Source: a virus
Lineage: Duplodnaviria; Caudoviricetes
DNA: 41,101 bases
Reading direction: 5' to 3' (one strand)
Virus record (IMG/VR): IMGVR_UViG_3300010362_000009
Coordinates: 1-41,101 of that record
Both the position numbers and the translations under genes were made by a program. Shown here piece after piece: positions 9,641 through 17,608 of this stretch (position 1 is its first letter; the number at the start of each line of letters is the position of its first letter). The notes beneath the pieces were generated by a model. The model searched no databases and was not told the origin of the DNA. It saw only the letters and a list, made by a program, of their open reading frames with translations.

Positions 9641-10540
9641 GTGCCGGTCACCGCTACCGATCGGACTTACAACACCTGGGCGAACGGGACCAACACGTAC
9701 GCTACGCTCGAGGCGGCGCCGACCTACGGTGTCCTGAGCGGGGCGACGCTGCTGATCACCAGGACGCTGCCCTCGAGCGGCTCGCTCGCGACCAGCAGGG
9801 CGCGGTATCTGACCGTTGGTGGCGCCTTGGCGCCGACAGGGGCGCTGCCCAGGCAGACGACCAGGACGTTGGTCGGTGTGCTGACGCCGGTGGGAGCGTT
9901 GCTCCGTGGGGTTGCTCGGAAGCTGCTTGGCGGCGTAGCCCCTACGGGCTCGCTGGCAACCCGCCGTACGCTGCCGCGGAGCTATGTCGGCACACTAGCG
10001 CCTACAGGGGCCGTAGCGCCCCGTCAGCAGCTTCTGCGCGCGTGGGCAGGCTCCATAACCCCCGCGGGCGCACTGGCCGCTGTGCGGCTTCTCAGGCGCT
10101 CCTATGCGGGCACGCTGGTGTCCAGCGGCGTCGTCCTGCTCGGCAAGATTTACACCCGTTCGCTCGGCGGCACACTGCATCCGACGGGCACGCTGGCGTT
10201 CGTCAGGGCGCTGCACCGCACGCTGAGCGGTGTGCTGGCGCCAAGTGGGGCGCTGAGCTACCGCAAGCTCGAGCGGGTCTTCGTCAGCTTCGGCGGCTCC
10301 GTACGAACGTGGGGCGAGGTCTCCTTCGAGGTCAGGAAGGGCATCTGGCCTCCTGTCTCGCCGACGTCTCCTGCGGGACCGCCGCGGCTCGTGGTTGGGG
10401 TGGGTGGAGGTCGACCGCCGGCCTTGCTGGTCTCGAAGACGAGCGTGCCGCCGGCGCCGTCGGGCAGCAAGACGGCTGCGCCGTACGCTGTGCCGCAGAA
10501 AAAACCTGACTGGCCTGCGTTTCATGCCGAGCCTAGCTGA
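9641..10540 (+). CDS. Repetitive fibre-like protein, 299 aa
   Basis: About nine 18-20-aa repeats R-[ST]-x-x-G-x-[LIV]-x-P-[TS]-G-x-L. Confidence 0.65.
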   Translation: MPVTATDRTYNTWANGTNTYATLEAAPTYGVLSGATLLITRTLPSSGSLATSRARYLTVGGALAPTGALPRQTTRTLVGVLTPVGALLRGVARKLLGGVAPTGSLATRRTLPRSYVGTLAPTGAVAPRQQLLRAWAGSITPAGALAAVRLLRRSYAGTLVSSGVVLLGKIYTRSLGGTLHPTGTLAFVRALHRTLSGVLAPSGALSYRKLERVFVSFGGSVRTWGEVSFEVRKGIWPPVSPTSPAGPPRLVVGVGGGRPPALLVSKTSVPPAPSGSKTAAPYAVPQKKPDWPAFHAEPS

Positions 10541-11555
10541 GTACCGACGCAACCTGGCGGTCGAGTCTGGTCCCTACGTCGGACCGGAGAGCTACTCCGT
10601 GCGCGCCACCGGCGGAACGACGATCAGCGTGCTGCACTGCGACGTGTACCCGATCCAGTCGGGCATCGCGCAAAACGACCTGTACGTCGATCGACCGCTG
10701 TATCGCCCGTACGCCGGTCAGCCGACCGACAAGCACCGCGTCGTGCAGTCCTACGACCCGCCAAACGGCGCGCTCACGCCCGATCTGCCTTGGACGGTCT
10801 CACCGCTGTCTCCGCCGGGCGGCACGTACTACTCGGCGCTCGAGGCGCACACGTACGCCGACATGGAACATTTCTCGTACGAGTGTCTGGACGGTACCGG
10901 CGTGGACTGTCCTGGCGGCGGCATCGGCGAGCTCTTCGAGATTCTCGGGCCGTGGGACGCGCCGACGATGCACAAGCTGATCAACGACGGGCTGAAGCAG
11001 TGCTGGCTGGTCGTGGACGTGGTGTGCACCGCGATCGAAGGTGTGAGCCGCCATGACTTGCGCGAAGTCTGCCCCTGGCTGCAAGACCCCAACCACGTCC
11101 GTCAGGCGGGCGTGCTGTCGTCAGGCATCGATCCCTGGACGGTCGACCCGTTCGCGGCGATCGTGTACGGCCAGGTCGAGCGCGACGGTGGGACGATGAT
11201 CTTCAACACGAACGGCAGGACGTTCGCCGAAGGCGATCAGATATGGCTGCGCTGTTACAAGCGCGCCTACGACCACTGCCGCGCCGCGGGCGGGACGTTC
11301 GGCGACCAGCAAGGGCTGGTGCTCGAGGACGACGAGGCGCCGATCACGCGGACGTGGGCGACGGCGTCGGCACTGCTGATCGGCTGGCGCCGCTTCGGGC
11401 ACATCCTGGAAGTGGCAGCAAACCAGCGGCTGATACGGGATCAAGCTGCTGCTGCCGTTTGGTTTAACGACGAGACGCACCAGCACTTCACCGCGGTTGC
11501 GCCGCAGTTGCTCTTCCGCAAGGCGCGGTTCTTCGGGCCGCGAGCGGTCGCGTGA
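10524..11555 (+). CDS. Putative head-tail adaptor-like tail protein, 343 aa (MPSLAEYRR...)
   Basis: ATG 10524; [ST]LAEYR N-terminus and INDGL helix typical of adaptors; directly before the nozzle-like gene. Confidence 0.5.
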   Translation: MPSLAEYRRNLAVESGPYVGPESYSVRATGGTTISVLHCDVYPIQSGIAQNDLYVDRPLYRPYAGQPTDKHRVVQSYDPPNGALTPDLPWTVSPLSPPGGTYYSALEAHTYADMEHFSYECLDGTGVDCPGGGIGELFEILGPWDAPTMHKLINDGLKQCWLVVDVVCTAIEGVSRHDLREVCPWLQDPNHVRQAGVLSSGIDPWTVDPFAAIVYGQVERDGGTMIFNTNGRTFAEGDQIWLRCYKRAYDHCRAAGGTFGDQQGLVLEDDEAPITRTWATASALLIGWRRFGHILEVAANQRLIRDQAAAAVWFNDETHQHFTAVAPQLLFRKARFFGPRAVA

Positions 11556-13513
11556 GCTACATTGGCGGGCGGCGCAGCCCGTACCCGTACCACCTGGTCA
11601 TCGAAGACAAAACTGCCACGCCACCGTGGAGGCAGGGTTTCCTGCTCGGCGCGGCGAAACCTGGTCAGTCGCAGCTTGTCTCGAGCAAGGTCCAGGACAT
11701 TAGCAACATCCAGCCGACTGACTACTCGTACTCGGGCTGGTCGCCGCTGACCGAGCGCAACGCCGAGTACGAAGAGTTGACCTTCGGCATGGGCGTCAGC
11801 TTGCAGCAGAACGACCAGGCCAAGCAGGACCGCAGCTACCTGTACGCCGAAGGCGTCGACGCCAGTGTCTGGCCGTGGTGCAAGGGTCCAGAGCTCACGC
11901 TGTTCACCCCGCCGTCGCACGATACTGCCGTAGGCGCTACGCGCTTCTTCGAGCTCCTGGGCTCGCTGTACTGCGCCAACGGGCGGTACGTGCTGCGTCG
12001 CGATAGCGATGCTGCTTGGACGCTGGTCAAGGACTTCGGCTCGGGCGTAGCCGTTCTCGACGTGGCGGTCTTCCAGTCGAACTTCGACAAGGTCCAGCGC
12101 GCGTTCTTCGCGCTCTCGAGCGGCGTGGCGCAGTACACGAGCAACGGCACCACGTACACGCCGATGGCGACCTTTACCGCAGTCGCGTTCGCCGTCATCG
12201 GTCGCGAGTTCTGGTGGGCCGACGACCTGAATCGGCTGCGGAAGTGCGACACGAACGCCGATCCGACCGTCGAAGGCAACTACACCAACGCGATCTTCCG
12301 CGCCGGCGACGCGTCGTCGGTCATCACGTCGTTGATGGTGACCGCGGCAGGCACGCTGCTGATTGGCAAGACCGACGGGTTGTACACGCTTGACGCGAGC
12401 GGCCAGGATCACTCGCTGTTTCCGTTCCTGAAGCTCGCCGACGACGCCAACAACGGCAAGTTTTGGGGCCAGTTCGAGAACTCGATCTACACCAGCTACG
12501 GCTACTCGCTGGCGCGCATCGACCCCGACCTGGCGTGGACCGACGTCGGTCCCGAAAAGCTGGTCGGCAACAGCGGTCCCGTCAACGGTCGCGTGACTGC
12601 GTTCTGCGGCGTCGGGACGGCGTTTGCCTACGCCGCCATCCTGAATCGCGACACTCAGACGGGTTATCTGTGCAAGTTCGGGGCGTGGGGCCTGGGGCTG
12701 AAGACGCCCGAGTCGGAAGCCATCCACATCGACGCCTGGCACGGCTCTGTGATTGCGCCGCTGCCTGGCAGGGGCATACAGACGTTGTTCGTGAGCGCGA
12801 TCGGTGCACCAGCCAATCACACGCGTACGTATCTGGGCTGTTCGGATGGCACGATCGGATGGGTCATCAACGCCTGCTCGCCGAACCCGGTCAATTGCTC
12901 GAGCTATCGCTTCCACATGGGCGACGCCTTCATTCAGTTGCCGACGTTTCACGGTGGGTTTCACGCCAGCATCAAGTCACTACGGAATGTCGCCGTGACG
13001 GGGCCGCTGATCAACACGTCGAACTACGTTCAGGTCGAGTACAAGGACGATCCGAAAGACACGAGTTGGACGATGCTGCCGAATCGGTTCGACGCTTCGA
13101 CGTACGAGCTCCAGCCGGTCACGCCGATGGGTTCGGGCGTGCTGTTCCTGTTCCGCGTCCACCTGGTCAACACCACCAACACGACGTCGCCGCAGGTGTC
13201 TGCTGTGGCTGTAGGCCATGCCCTTCGCCCGCCGCGACTCATGTCGTTCGAGGCTGACATTCTGTGTGCTGACGGCCTGGTGCGACGCGACGGCGTGCCG
13301 CTGCGGATCGGGCGACGTCAGATTCAGCAGTACATCGAGAAAGCGGTCGACAATCCCGCGGCGCTGACGGTCACCCTGCCGGACGAGACCGTGCAGGATT
13401 TGTCGTTCATCGACCTGAAGATAGCCCAGGCGTTCGATGAGGTCGGACGGGAGTGGCGCGGCTCACTCCATATCGTCGCGATGCAGCACTTTACGACGGA
13501 GATTGAGGTATGA
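11552..13513 (+). CDS. Putative tail nozzle/stabilisation protein (beta-propeller-rich), 653 aa
   Basis: GTGA overlap; repeated short beta-strand blocks (LYCANGRYV, LLIGKTDGLY, TYLGCSDG); size and position as in podoviral tails. Confidence 0.6.
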   Translation: MSYIGGRRSPYPYHLVIEDKTATPPWRQGFLLGAAKPGQSQLVSSKVQDISNIQPTDYSYSGWSPLTERNAEYEELTFGMGVSLQQNDQAKQDRSYLYAEGVDASVWPWCKGPELTLFTPPSHDTAVGATRFFELLGSLYCANGRYVLRRDSDAAWTLVKDFGSGVAVLDVAVFQSNFDKVQRAFFALSSGVAQYTSNGTTYTPMATFTAVAFAVIGREFWWADDLNRLRKCDTNADPTVEGNYTNAIFRAGDASSVITSLMVTAAGTLLIGKTDGLYTLDASGQDHSLFPFLKLADDANNGKFWGQFENSIYTSYGYSLARIDPDLAWTDVGPEKLVGNSGPVNGRVTAFCGVGTAFAYAAILNRDTQTGYLCKFGAWGLGLKTPESEAIHIDAWHGSVIAPLPGRGIQTLFVSAIGAPANHTRTYLGCSDGTIGWVINACSPNPVNCSSYRFHMGDAFIQLPTFHGGFHASIKSLRNVAVTGPLINTSNYVQVEYKDDPKDTSWTMLPNRFDASTYELQPVTPMGSGVLFLFRVHLVNTTNTTSPQVSAVAVGHALRPPRLMSFEADILCADGLVRRDGVPLRIGRRQIQQYIEKAVDNPAALTVTLPDETVQDLSFIDLKIAQAFDEVGREWRGSLHIVAMQHFTTEIEV

Positions 13514-14937
13514 GCCGACAGAACTCCACCAACTACACCGGCGCCATTCAGTTTCCCTACGCGACCGCGGGTACCGACCTGTTCCTGAAGGAAGACGTCC
13601 AGGTGCTGGCGCAGGCGGTCGATCAGCACGATCACTCGAGCGGCAAGGGGCTGCCAATCGCGAGCGGCGCGTTGACGTGGCCGCTTGTTGGGCCGAGCGG
13701 GGCGTTCATCGGCAACAGCGTTAGCAAGCAAATCTCGATCACTGAGTCGCTACTGATCAACGGCCCCCCCACCGGCACCATTCTGTACATGGGCAACTCC
13801 ACTAAGGAGTACATCCGCACTCCGCTCAACAACGGCGCCAACCTGAGTGTCGAATCGAGCGACGGCGCGCTCACCCTGTCGGGGCTGGCGAGTTCCAACA
13901 TGGCCGTCAACGGCTATTTCGACGGTGCTAGCTGGAACCGTTACTCCACCGGGTCGGGGGCATTGCTCGCGCAGCTTCAGCCCGACGGTTTCCACATCAT
14001 GACCGCGCCGACCGGGGCAGGCTCGATTGTCTGGACGAACCAGTTCAACATCGCCACGAACGGTGATGTGTACACCAACGGAAATCTGAACATAAGCGTC
14101 GCCGGCAAGCAGTTGCAGTTCATCGACGGCAACACCCACATCGTGGTCGATAGCTCGCGCATGATGGCGTTCGATACGTTCAACGCACCGTGGTACTTTC
14201 GCGACACTGCGAACGGCTCGGTGATCCGCATGGTCCTCCAGCCGACGAACGAAGGGCGGCTCGGCATCGGCGCGATGACTCAGCCGGCGGCGCAGCTTCA
14301 CGTCAAGGGCTCGGCGATTGCCGGCGCGAACACTTGGGCGAACCGCGTCAACACATCGACAACGTCGCTGAACTTGTCAGCGGGGTTTGCGTTCATTGAC
14401 GACACCTACGGCGGCGGCGGCAACGGTGGGGCGCTCTACTTCGGGTGCCAGGGGCTGTTTCTGAGCGGCATCTGCGCCAGCTTCACGAACGGTGCGAGCT
14501 ACGGCACCGGGCGCATGAGCTTCGGGATTCGCTCCAACGCCGCGGACACCACATTCTTCGAGATTCTGAGCCTCGATCCGAACAAGAACATCTACGGCGG
14601 CGTCGGGACGCAGATGTACGCGGTCGCGTTCAACCCCACGTCGGCGCGCCGCTTCAAGACCGACTTCGCCCCGCTCGGCGACCCGCTCGGCCTGGTGCTG
14701 GATGACCGCGTCCACGCGGTGAGTTACACCGACCTGTCACTCGGCACGCGCAAGGTCGGCTTCGTCGCCGAAGACTGGCTGGAGGTGCTGCCGGAGGTGG
14801 TGGACCGCGACCAGGTCGGCGAGGTGCTGGCGCTGGATTACGACCACCTGTCGGCGGTCACCTTCGAGGCGCTCAAACGCTTCGCGATCGACACTGATAC
14901 GCGCCTGAAGGCGCTGGAAATGAGGATGGCCGCATGA
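13510..14937 (+). CDS. Tail fibre/spike with C-terminal peptidase S74 intramolecular chaperone, 475 aa
   Basis: TSARRFK...GFVAED...PEVV...DYDHL...EALK plus a terminal coiled coil; RLGIG...PAAQLHV fibre motif. Confidence 0.85.
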   Translation: MSRQNSTNYTGAIQFPYATAGTDLFLKEDVQVLAQAVDQHDHSSGKGLPIASGALTWPLVGPSGAFIGNSVSKQISITESLLINGPPTGTILYMGNSTKEYIRTPLNNGANLSVESSDGALTLSGLASSNMAVNGYFDGASWNRYSTGSGALLAQLQPDGFHIMTAPTGAGSIVWTNQFNIATNGDVYTNGNLNISVAGKQLQFIDGNTHIVVDSSRMMAFDTFNAPWYFRDTANGSVIRMVLQPTNEGRLGIGAMTQPAAQLHVKGSAIAGANTWANRVNTSTTSLNLSAGFAFIDDTYGGGGNGGALYFGCQGLFLSGICASFTNGASYGTGRMSFGIRSNAADTTFFEILSLDPNKNIYGGVGTQMYAVAFNPTSARRFKTDFAPLGDPLGLVLDDRVHAVSYTDLSLGTRKVGFVAEDWLEVLPEVVDRDQVGEVLALDYDHLSAVTFEALKRFAIDTDTRLKALEMRMAA

Positions 14938-15224
14938 GCCTGGCAGACGAGTTCACCGCATCGACCGATCAGGAGTTGATTCAGCGCGTGCAGATGGCCG
15001 CGGTCTCTGCGGCGCAGGCTATCGCCAGCGAGGCTGAAAGCACGCCGAACCACAACAACCGCGTGGCGTTGGCGAACAAGGTGGCGAATGCGCCGGGTAG
15101 TTACGGCGCGCCATTCACCACCTTGCTGTGCGCCGAGGGCATCACTTCAGCGTCCACCGATGCCGACATCAACAACATGGTCTCCGCGACGTGGAACACG
15201 ATGGCCGGTCAGCCGGTCTCGTGA
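14934..15224 (+). CDS. Hypothetical tail-fibre-associated protein, 96 aa
   Basis: ATGA overlap; position after the fibre gene. Confidence 0.7.
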   Translation: MSLADEFTASTDQELIQRVQMAAVSAAQAIASEAESTPNHNNRVALANKVANAPGSYGAPFTTLLCAEGITSASTDADINNMVSATWNTMAGQPVS

Positions 15225-15586
15225 AGCGCATCCTGCTGCGCTCGTTGCCCGATCCGCGGCTGGACCGCGGCGATCCGATGTACGACGCCGCGCTGGTGGA
15301 CTACCGCACCCTGGTCGAGGCGGCGCTGCGGAACCCGCTCGATCGTCAGACGGGCGCGACGATTAGCGAGATGCGCCAGAGCATCCGCGTGCTCGATGCG
15401 CTGGACCGTTCAGAGAACGGAATCCTGGAGCTCGAGGATGCCGACTGGCAGCACTTGAAGCTCAAGGTCGAGCACATGCCGTGGGCGACGGTCGATCGAC
15501 GCATCCTCGAGTTCTGTGACGACATTCTCGAGGCGACCGACGCGCCGAAGGCGGAGCTCGCTGCGGCGAGTAACAGTCATGCCTGA
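15221..15586 (+). CDS. Hypothetical protein, 121 aa (MKRILLRSLPDPR...), possible fibre assembly chaperone
   Basis: GTGA overlap at 15221; LELEDADWQHLK helix. Confidence 0.65.
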   Translation: MKRILLRSLPDPRLDRGDPMYDAALVDYRTLVEAALRNPLDRQTGATISEMRQSIRVLDALDRSENGILELEDADWQHLKLKVEHMPWATVDRRILEFCDDILEATDAPKAELAAASNSHA

Positions 15587-15761
15587 CTGGAACGTCGGAC
15601 CTGGAGTGGCGCAGGCCATCGCCGACGACGGTGGCGAGATTCGCTCCGACGAACGCTATGTAATCCTGGACGAAGGCCACAAAGTGTCGATGACGATGGC
15701 GACGACGGGCGTCTATTACTACTACCAGGAGGATAACCGGGTCTTCCGGACCCCTTTCTGA
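15579..15761 (+). CDS. 60-aa N-terminal lysin module (zero-frame product; possible cell-wall-binding domain)
   Basis: ATG 15579 overlapping the upstream gene; ends ACC CCT TTC TGA; Tyr-rich. Confidence 0.7.
   Translation: MPDWNVGPGVAQAIADDGGEIRSDERYVILDEGHKVSMTMATTGVYYYYQEDNRVFRTPF
15752..15761 (+). promoter_or_regulatory. Candidate -1 ribosomal frameshift site C_CCT_TTC followed by TGA
   Basis: X_XXY_YYZ heptamer in the correct phase; the -1 frame is open from 15737 to 16249. Confidence 0.75.
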
Positions 15762-16249
15762 CGGCGCCTGAGCCTCCTGACGACCAGGTCGTATGGGATG
15801 CCTGGGCGGATATGCCCGGTCAACTCTATTCCTGGACCTGTTCAGCCTGCTCACTGGAATGGGTCAAGCGTTCCGTAGGACTGGCGTCGAGCGGCGATAT
15901 CTACGCCGACCGTGAGACGACCGTGTACGAGATTGGCTACCCCGACAACGTCAACGCGACGTATGGGTTGATGAACGCCGACGGCTCGGCGCTGATGGAC
16001 GTCCTGGACCGCTACGGTCAAGCCTCGCAGCAGGCGTGGCTTGGCTTCGATGATGCGTACAGGGTGGCGAGCATGACGACGGGCATGATCAGCGGCGCGG
16101 CCTGGTACCACTGGACTGCGTTGCGCGGCGTGCAGGGTGACACGATCTGGATAGCGAATTCGGCGCCTGGATATAAGTCGGTCTGGAACAATCTCGGGCG
16201 TGCCGATTGGGACCGTCTCGGGGGCTTCAGTTGCGTGTGGCTGGTGTAG
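15758..16249 (+). CDS. C39-like (papain-fold) cysteine peptidase, probable endolysin catalytic domain, -1 frame
   Basis: GQLYSWTCSACS (oxyanion Gln and catalytic Cys), YHWTALRG (His), IANSAPG; adjacent to membrane-protein genes. Confidence 0.75.
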   Translation: MTAPEPPDDQVVWDAWADMPGQLYSWTCSACSLEWVKRSVGLASSGDIYADRETTVYEIGYPDNVNATYGLMNADGSALMDVLDRYGQASQQAWLGFDDAYRVASMTTGMISGAAWYHWTALRGVQGDTIWIANSAPGYKSVWNNLGRADWDRLGGFSCVWLV

Positions 16250-16260
16250 GAGGTCGTCGC

Positions 16261-16413
16261 GTGACCGTGGGTCTGGCGCCATTTTCATTGGGGTTTATCA
16301 TCGCCATCGTCGTCCTTATCCTGGCGGTCATCGGCATCGTTGGGGTCTTACCCATGACGCCTGCGACGCTCTTTGGGCTGGTCGCAGCACTCGCCATCGC
16401 TCGACTCTGCTGA
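16261..16413 (+). CDS. Holin-like protein, 50 aa, two predicted TM helices
   Basis: AGGAGG SD and GTG; MTVGLAPFSLGFIIAIVVLILAVIGIVGVLPMTPATLFGLVAALAIARLC. Confidence 0.65.
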   Translation: MTVGLAPFSLGFIIAIVVLILAVIGIVGVLPMTPATLFGLVAALAIARLC

Positions 16414-16424
16414 TCAATCACGCC

Positions 16425-16505
16425 ATGTTCTGGCTCCTGGTCGTGCTGATCCTGGCCGCGATCGTGCTGGTGTGGTGGCTAAGCGGCGCTCGAACGCTGC
16501 TGTGA
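16425..16505 (+). CDS. 26-aa single-TM peptide (MFWLLVVLILAAIVLVWWLSGARTLL)
   Basis: Strongly hydrophobic small ORF in the lysis cluster; no clear SD. Confidence 0.45.
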   Translation: MFWLLVVLILAAIVLVWWLSGARTLL

Positions 16506-16512
16506 TGCGGAC

Positions 16513-16728
16513 ATGCTGCCGGTCGATCCAGACGAAGTACTCGATCCGAACCCGGCCAGAACGTCGAACTTCAGGCTAGAGCTCACCATCTCGGTCGGTT
16601 ACTCGAGGGAGCGTGCCGGACACATGGTGACTGGCAAGTGGGAGCCGACGATCACCAGCCTGTTCCTGCTGATCGGCGGCATCGCACTCGTGTTGCTCGT
16701 GGTCTACGAAGTCCTGTCGCGACTCTAG
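16513..16728 (+). CDS. Small membrane protein with a C-terminal TM helix (start may be ATG 16624)
   Basis: ITSLFLLIGGIALVLLVVY hydrophobic stretch. Confidence 0.5.
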   Translation: MLPVDPDEVLDPNPARTSNFRLELTISVGYSRERAGHMVTGKWEPTITSLFLLIGGIALVLLVVYEVLSRL

Positions 16729-16811
16729 CGAGGGCGCTGTAACCAGGCGCCGAGCAGGAGCAGGCACACGGCGAAGGCGACGAACCAGACCGCGTCAGGG
16801 GGCGAGGCCAT
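16725..16811 (-). CDS. 28-aa single-TM peptide (MASPPDAVWFVAFAVCLLLLGAWLQRPR)
   Basis: AAGGAG SD 7 nt upstream; last gene of the leftward operon. Confidence 0.6.
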   Translation of the reverse strand: MASPPDAVWFVAFAVCLLLLGAWLQRPR

Positions 16812-17013
16812 CGAGGTACTCCTTGAGCTCGGCCTGGGTGATGACCGCCAGGTCGTAGAAGCCGTCACGTCCCGCGGCGGCGACCATCGCCAGGAATGCC
16901 GCGGCGCCGGCGTAGAACAGGTTCTGCGCGTCGTCGTAGCCGGGCGTGGCCTCCGTCACGCCGCGCTGGAACGCCTCTACGTTCCAGGCTTCGGCCAGGG
17001 AATGCGGGCTCAC
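16795..17013 (-). CDS. Hypothetical protein, 72 aa (MSPHSLAEAW...FYAGA...)
   Basis: GGGAG SD; GTGA overlap; FYAGA motif common in small phage proteins. Confidence 0.7.
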   Translation of the reverse strand: MSPHSLAEAWNVEAFQRGVTEATPGYDDAQNLFYAGAAAFLAMVAAAGRDGFYDLAVITQAELKEYLDGLAP

Positions 17014-17150
17014 AGTAGCTTCTCCCATTCGCTGAGGTTCGGGTTGGTTGACCGTGCTCGGAGGCGGTACTTCCTCGAGCCGTCGTCGGTCAAACGGTCG
17101 CGAAGCTCGTCCAGGAGCAGGAAGAGATAGGGGCTCAAGATGAGCCCCAC
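17010..17150 (-). CDS. Hypothetical protein, 46 aa (MGLILSPYLFLLLDELRDRL...)
   Basis: GGGAG SD; fills the gap between coupled genes. Confidence 0.5.
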   Translation of the reverse strand: MGLILSPYLFLLLDELRDRLTDDGSRKYRLRARSTNPNLSEWEKLL

Positions 17151-17152
17151 GA

Positions 17153-17608
17153 TTACAAGCTCTCCCACTTGCCCGTCTCCATGTCCATGATGGCGAAGCC
17201 GCTCGGGTGTTCCTTCCAGAACGCTTCCTCGAAGCGCGCGGACTCCTTCGCTTCGGCGGTCGGCGCTTGCGCAAGGCGCATCTCGAGGTCGGCAATGTCG
17301 CTGCGGAGCAGGCTCCGAGTTTCGCCGGTGTAGTCGGTCTTGACGATGACGATGGGACCGCGCAGCACGGCGTGGCCCAGGTGCTCGGCCCACCGATTCA
17401 GCGCGGGACGCGGCTCGTCGCGGATCATTGCTTCGTCGTCACAGAAGGCGTACCAGTCCTGCTGCCGCCACGCGAGCGGCAGCGTGCAGGTGCCGAGATT
17501 ACCTTCGACCAGGCGATTGAGCTCGTGATAGTCGTCGCCATCGATCTTCTCGGTCCTGATGGGCTCCTTTCCAGGAGCCAGGACCAGGACCGTGACCATG
17601 CGGCTCAT
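17153..17608 (-). CDS. DUF3846-like protein, 151 aa
   Basis: VLVLAPG..P...ELNRLVEG...CDDE...LNR.A...LRGPIVIV pattern. Confidence 0.65.
   Translation of the reverse strand: MSRMVTVLVLAPGKEPIRTEKIDGDDYHELNRLVEGNLGTCTLPLAWRQQDWYAFCDDEAMIRDEPRPALNRWAEHLGHAVLRGPIVIVKTDYTGETRSLLRSDIADLEMRLAQAPTAEAKESARFEEAFWKEHPSGFAIMDMETGKWESL

Noticed and set aside
9637-10509. Alternative 290-aa ORF overlapping the repeat protein
   Set aside because: No recognisable pattern, whereas the 9641 frame shows clear periodic repeats
11441-12964. Long antisense ORFs (also 19120-20109, 24345-25436, 30535-31473, 34479-35852 and others)
   Set aside because: Expected stop-poor mirror frames of high-GC3 genes; no SD or motifs
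13764-13770. C7 tract in the tail fibre gene as a phase-variation site
   Set aside because: Short, in frame (GGC CCC CCC), unremarkable at this GC content, and no useful alternative frame seen
13510-14937. Diversity-generating retroelement or invertible tail-fibre cassette
   Set aside because: No reverse transcriptase, invertase or template/variable repeat pair found
15727-15732. AGGAGG as the frameshift-stimulating internal SD
   Set aside because: About 19 nt from the heptamer, longer than the 10-14 nt typical of -1 stimulators; not counted as evidence
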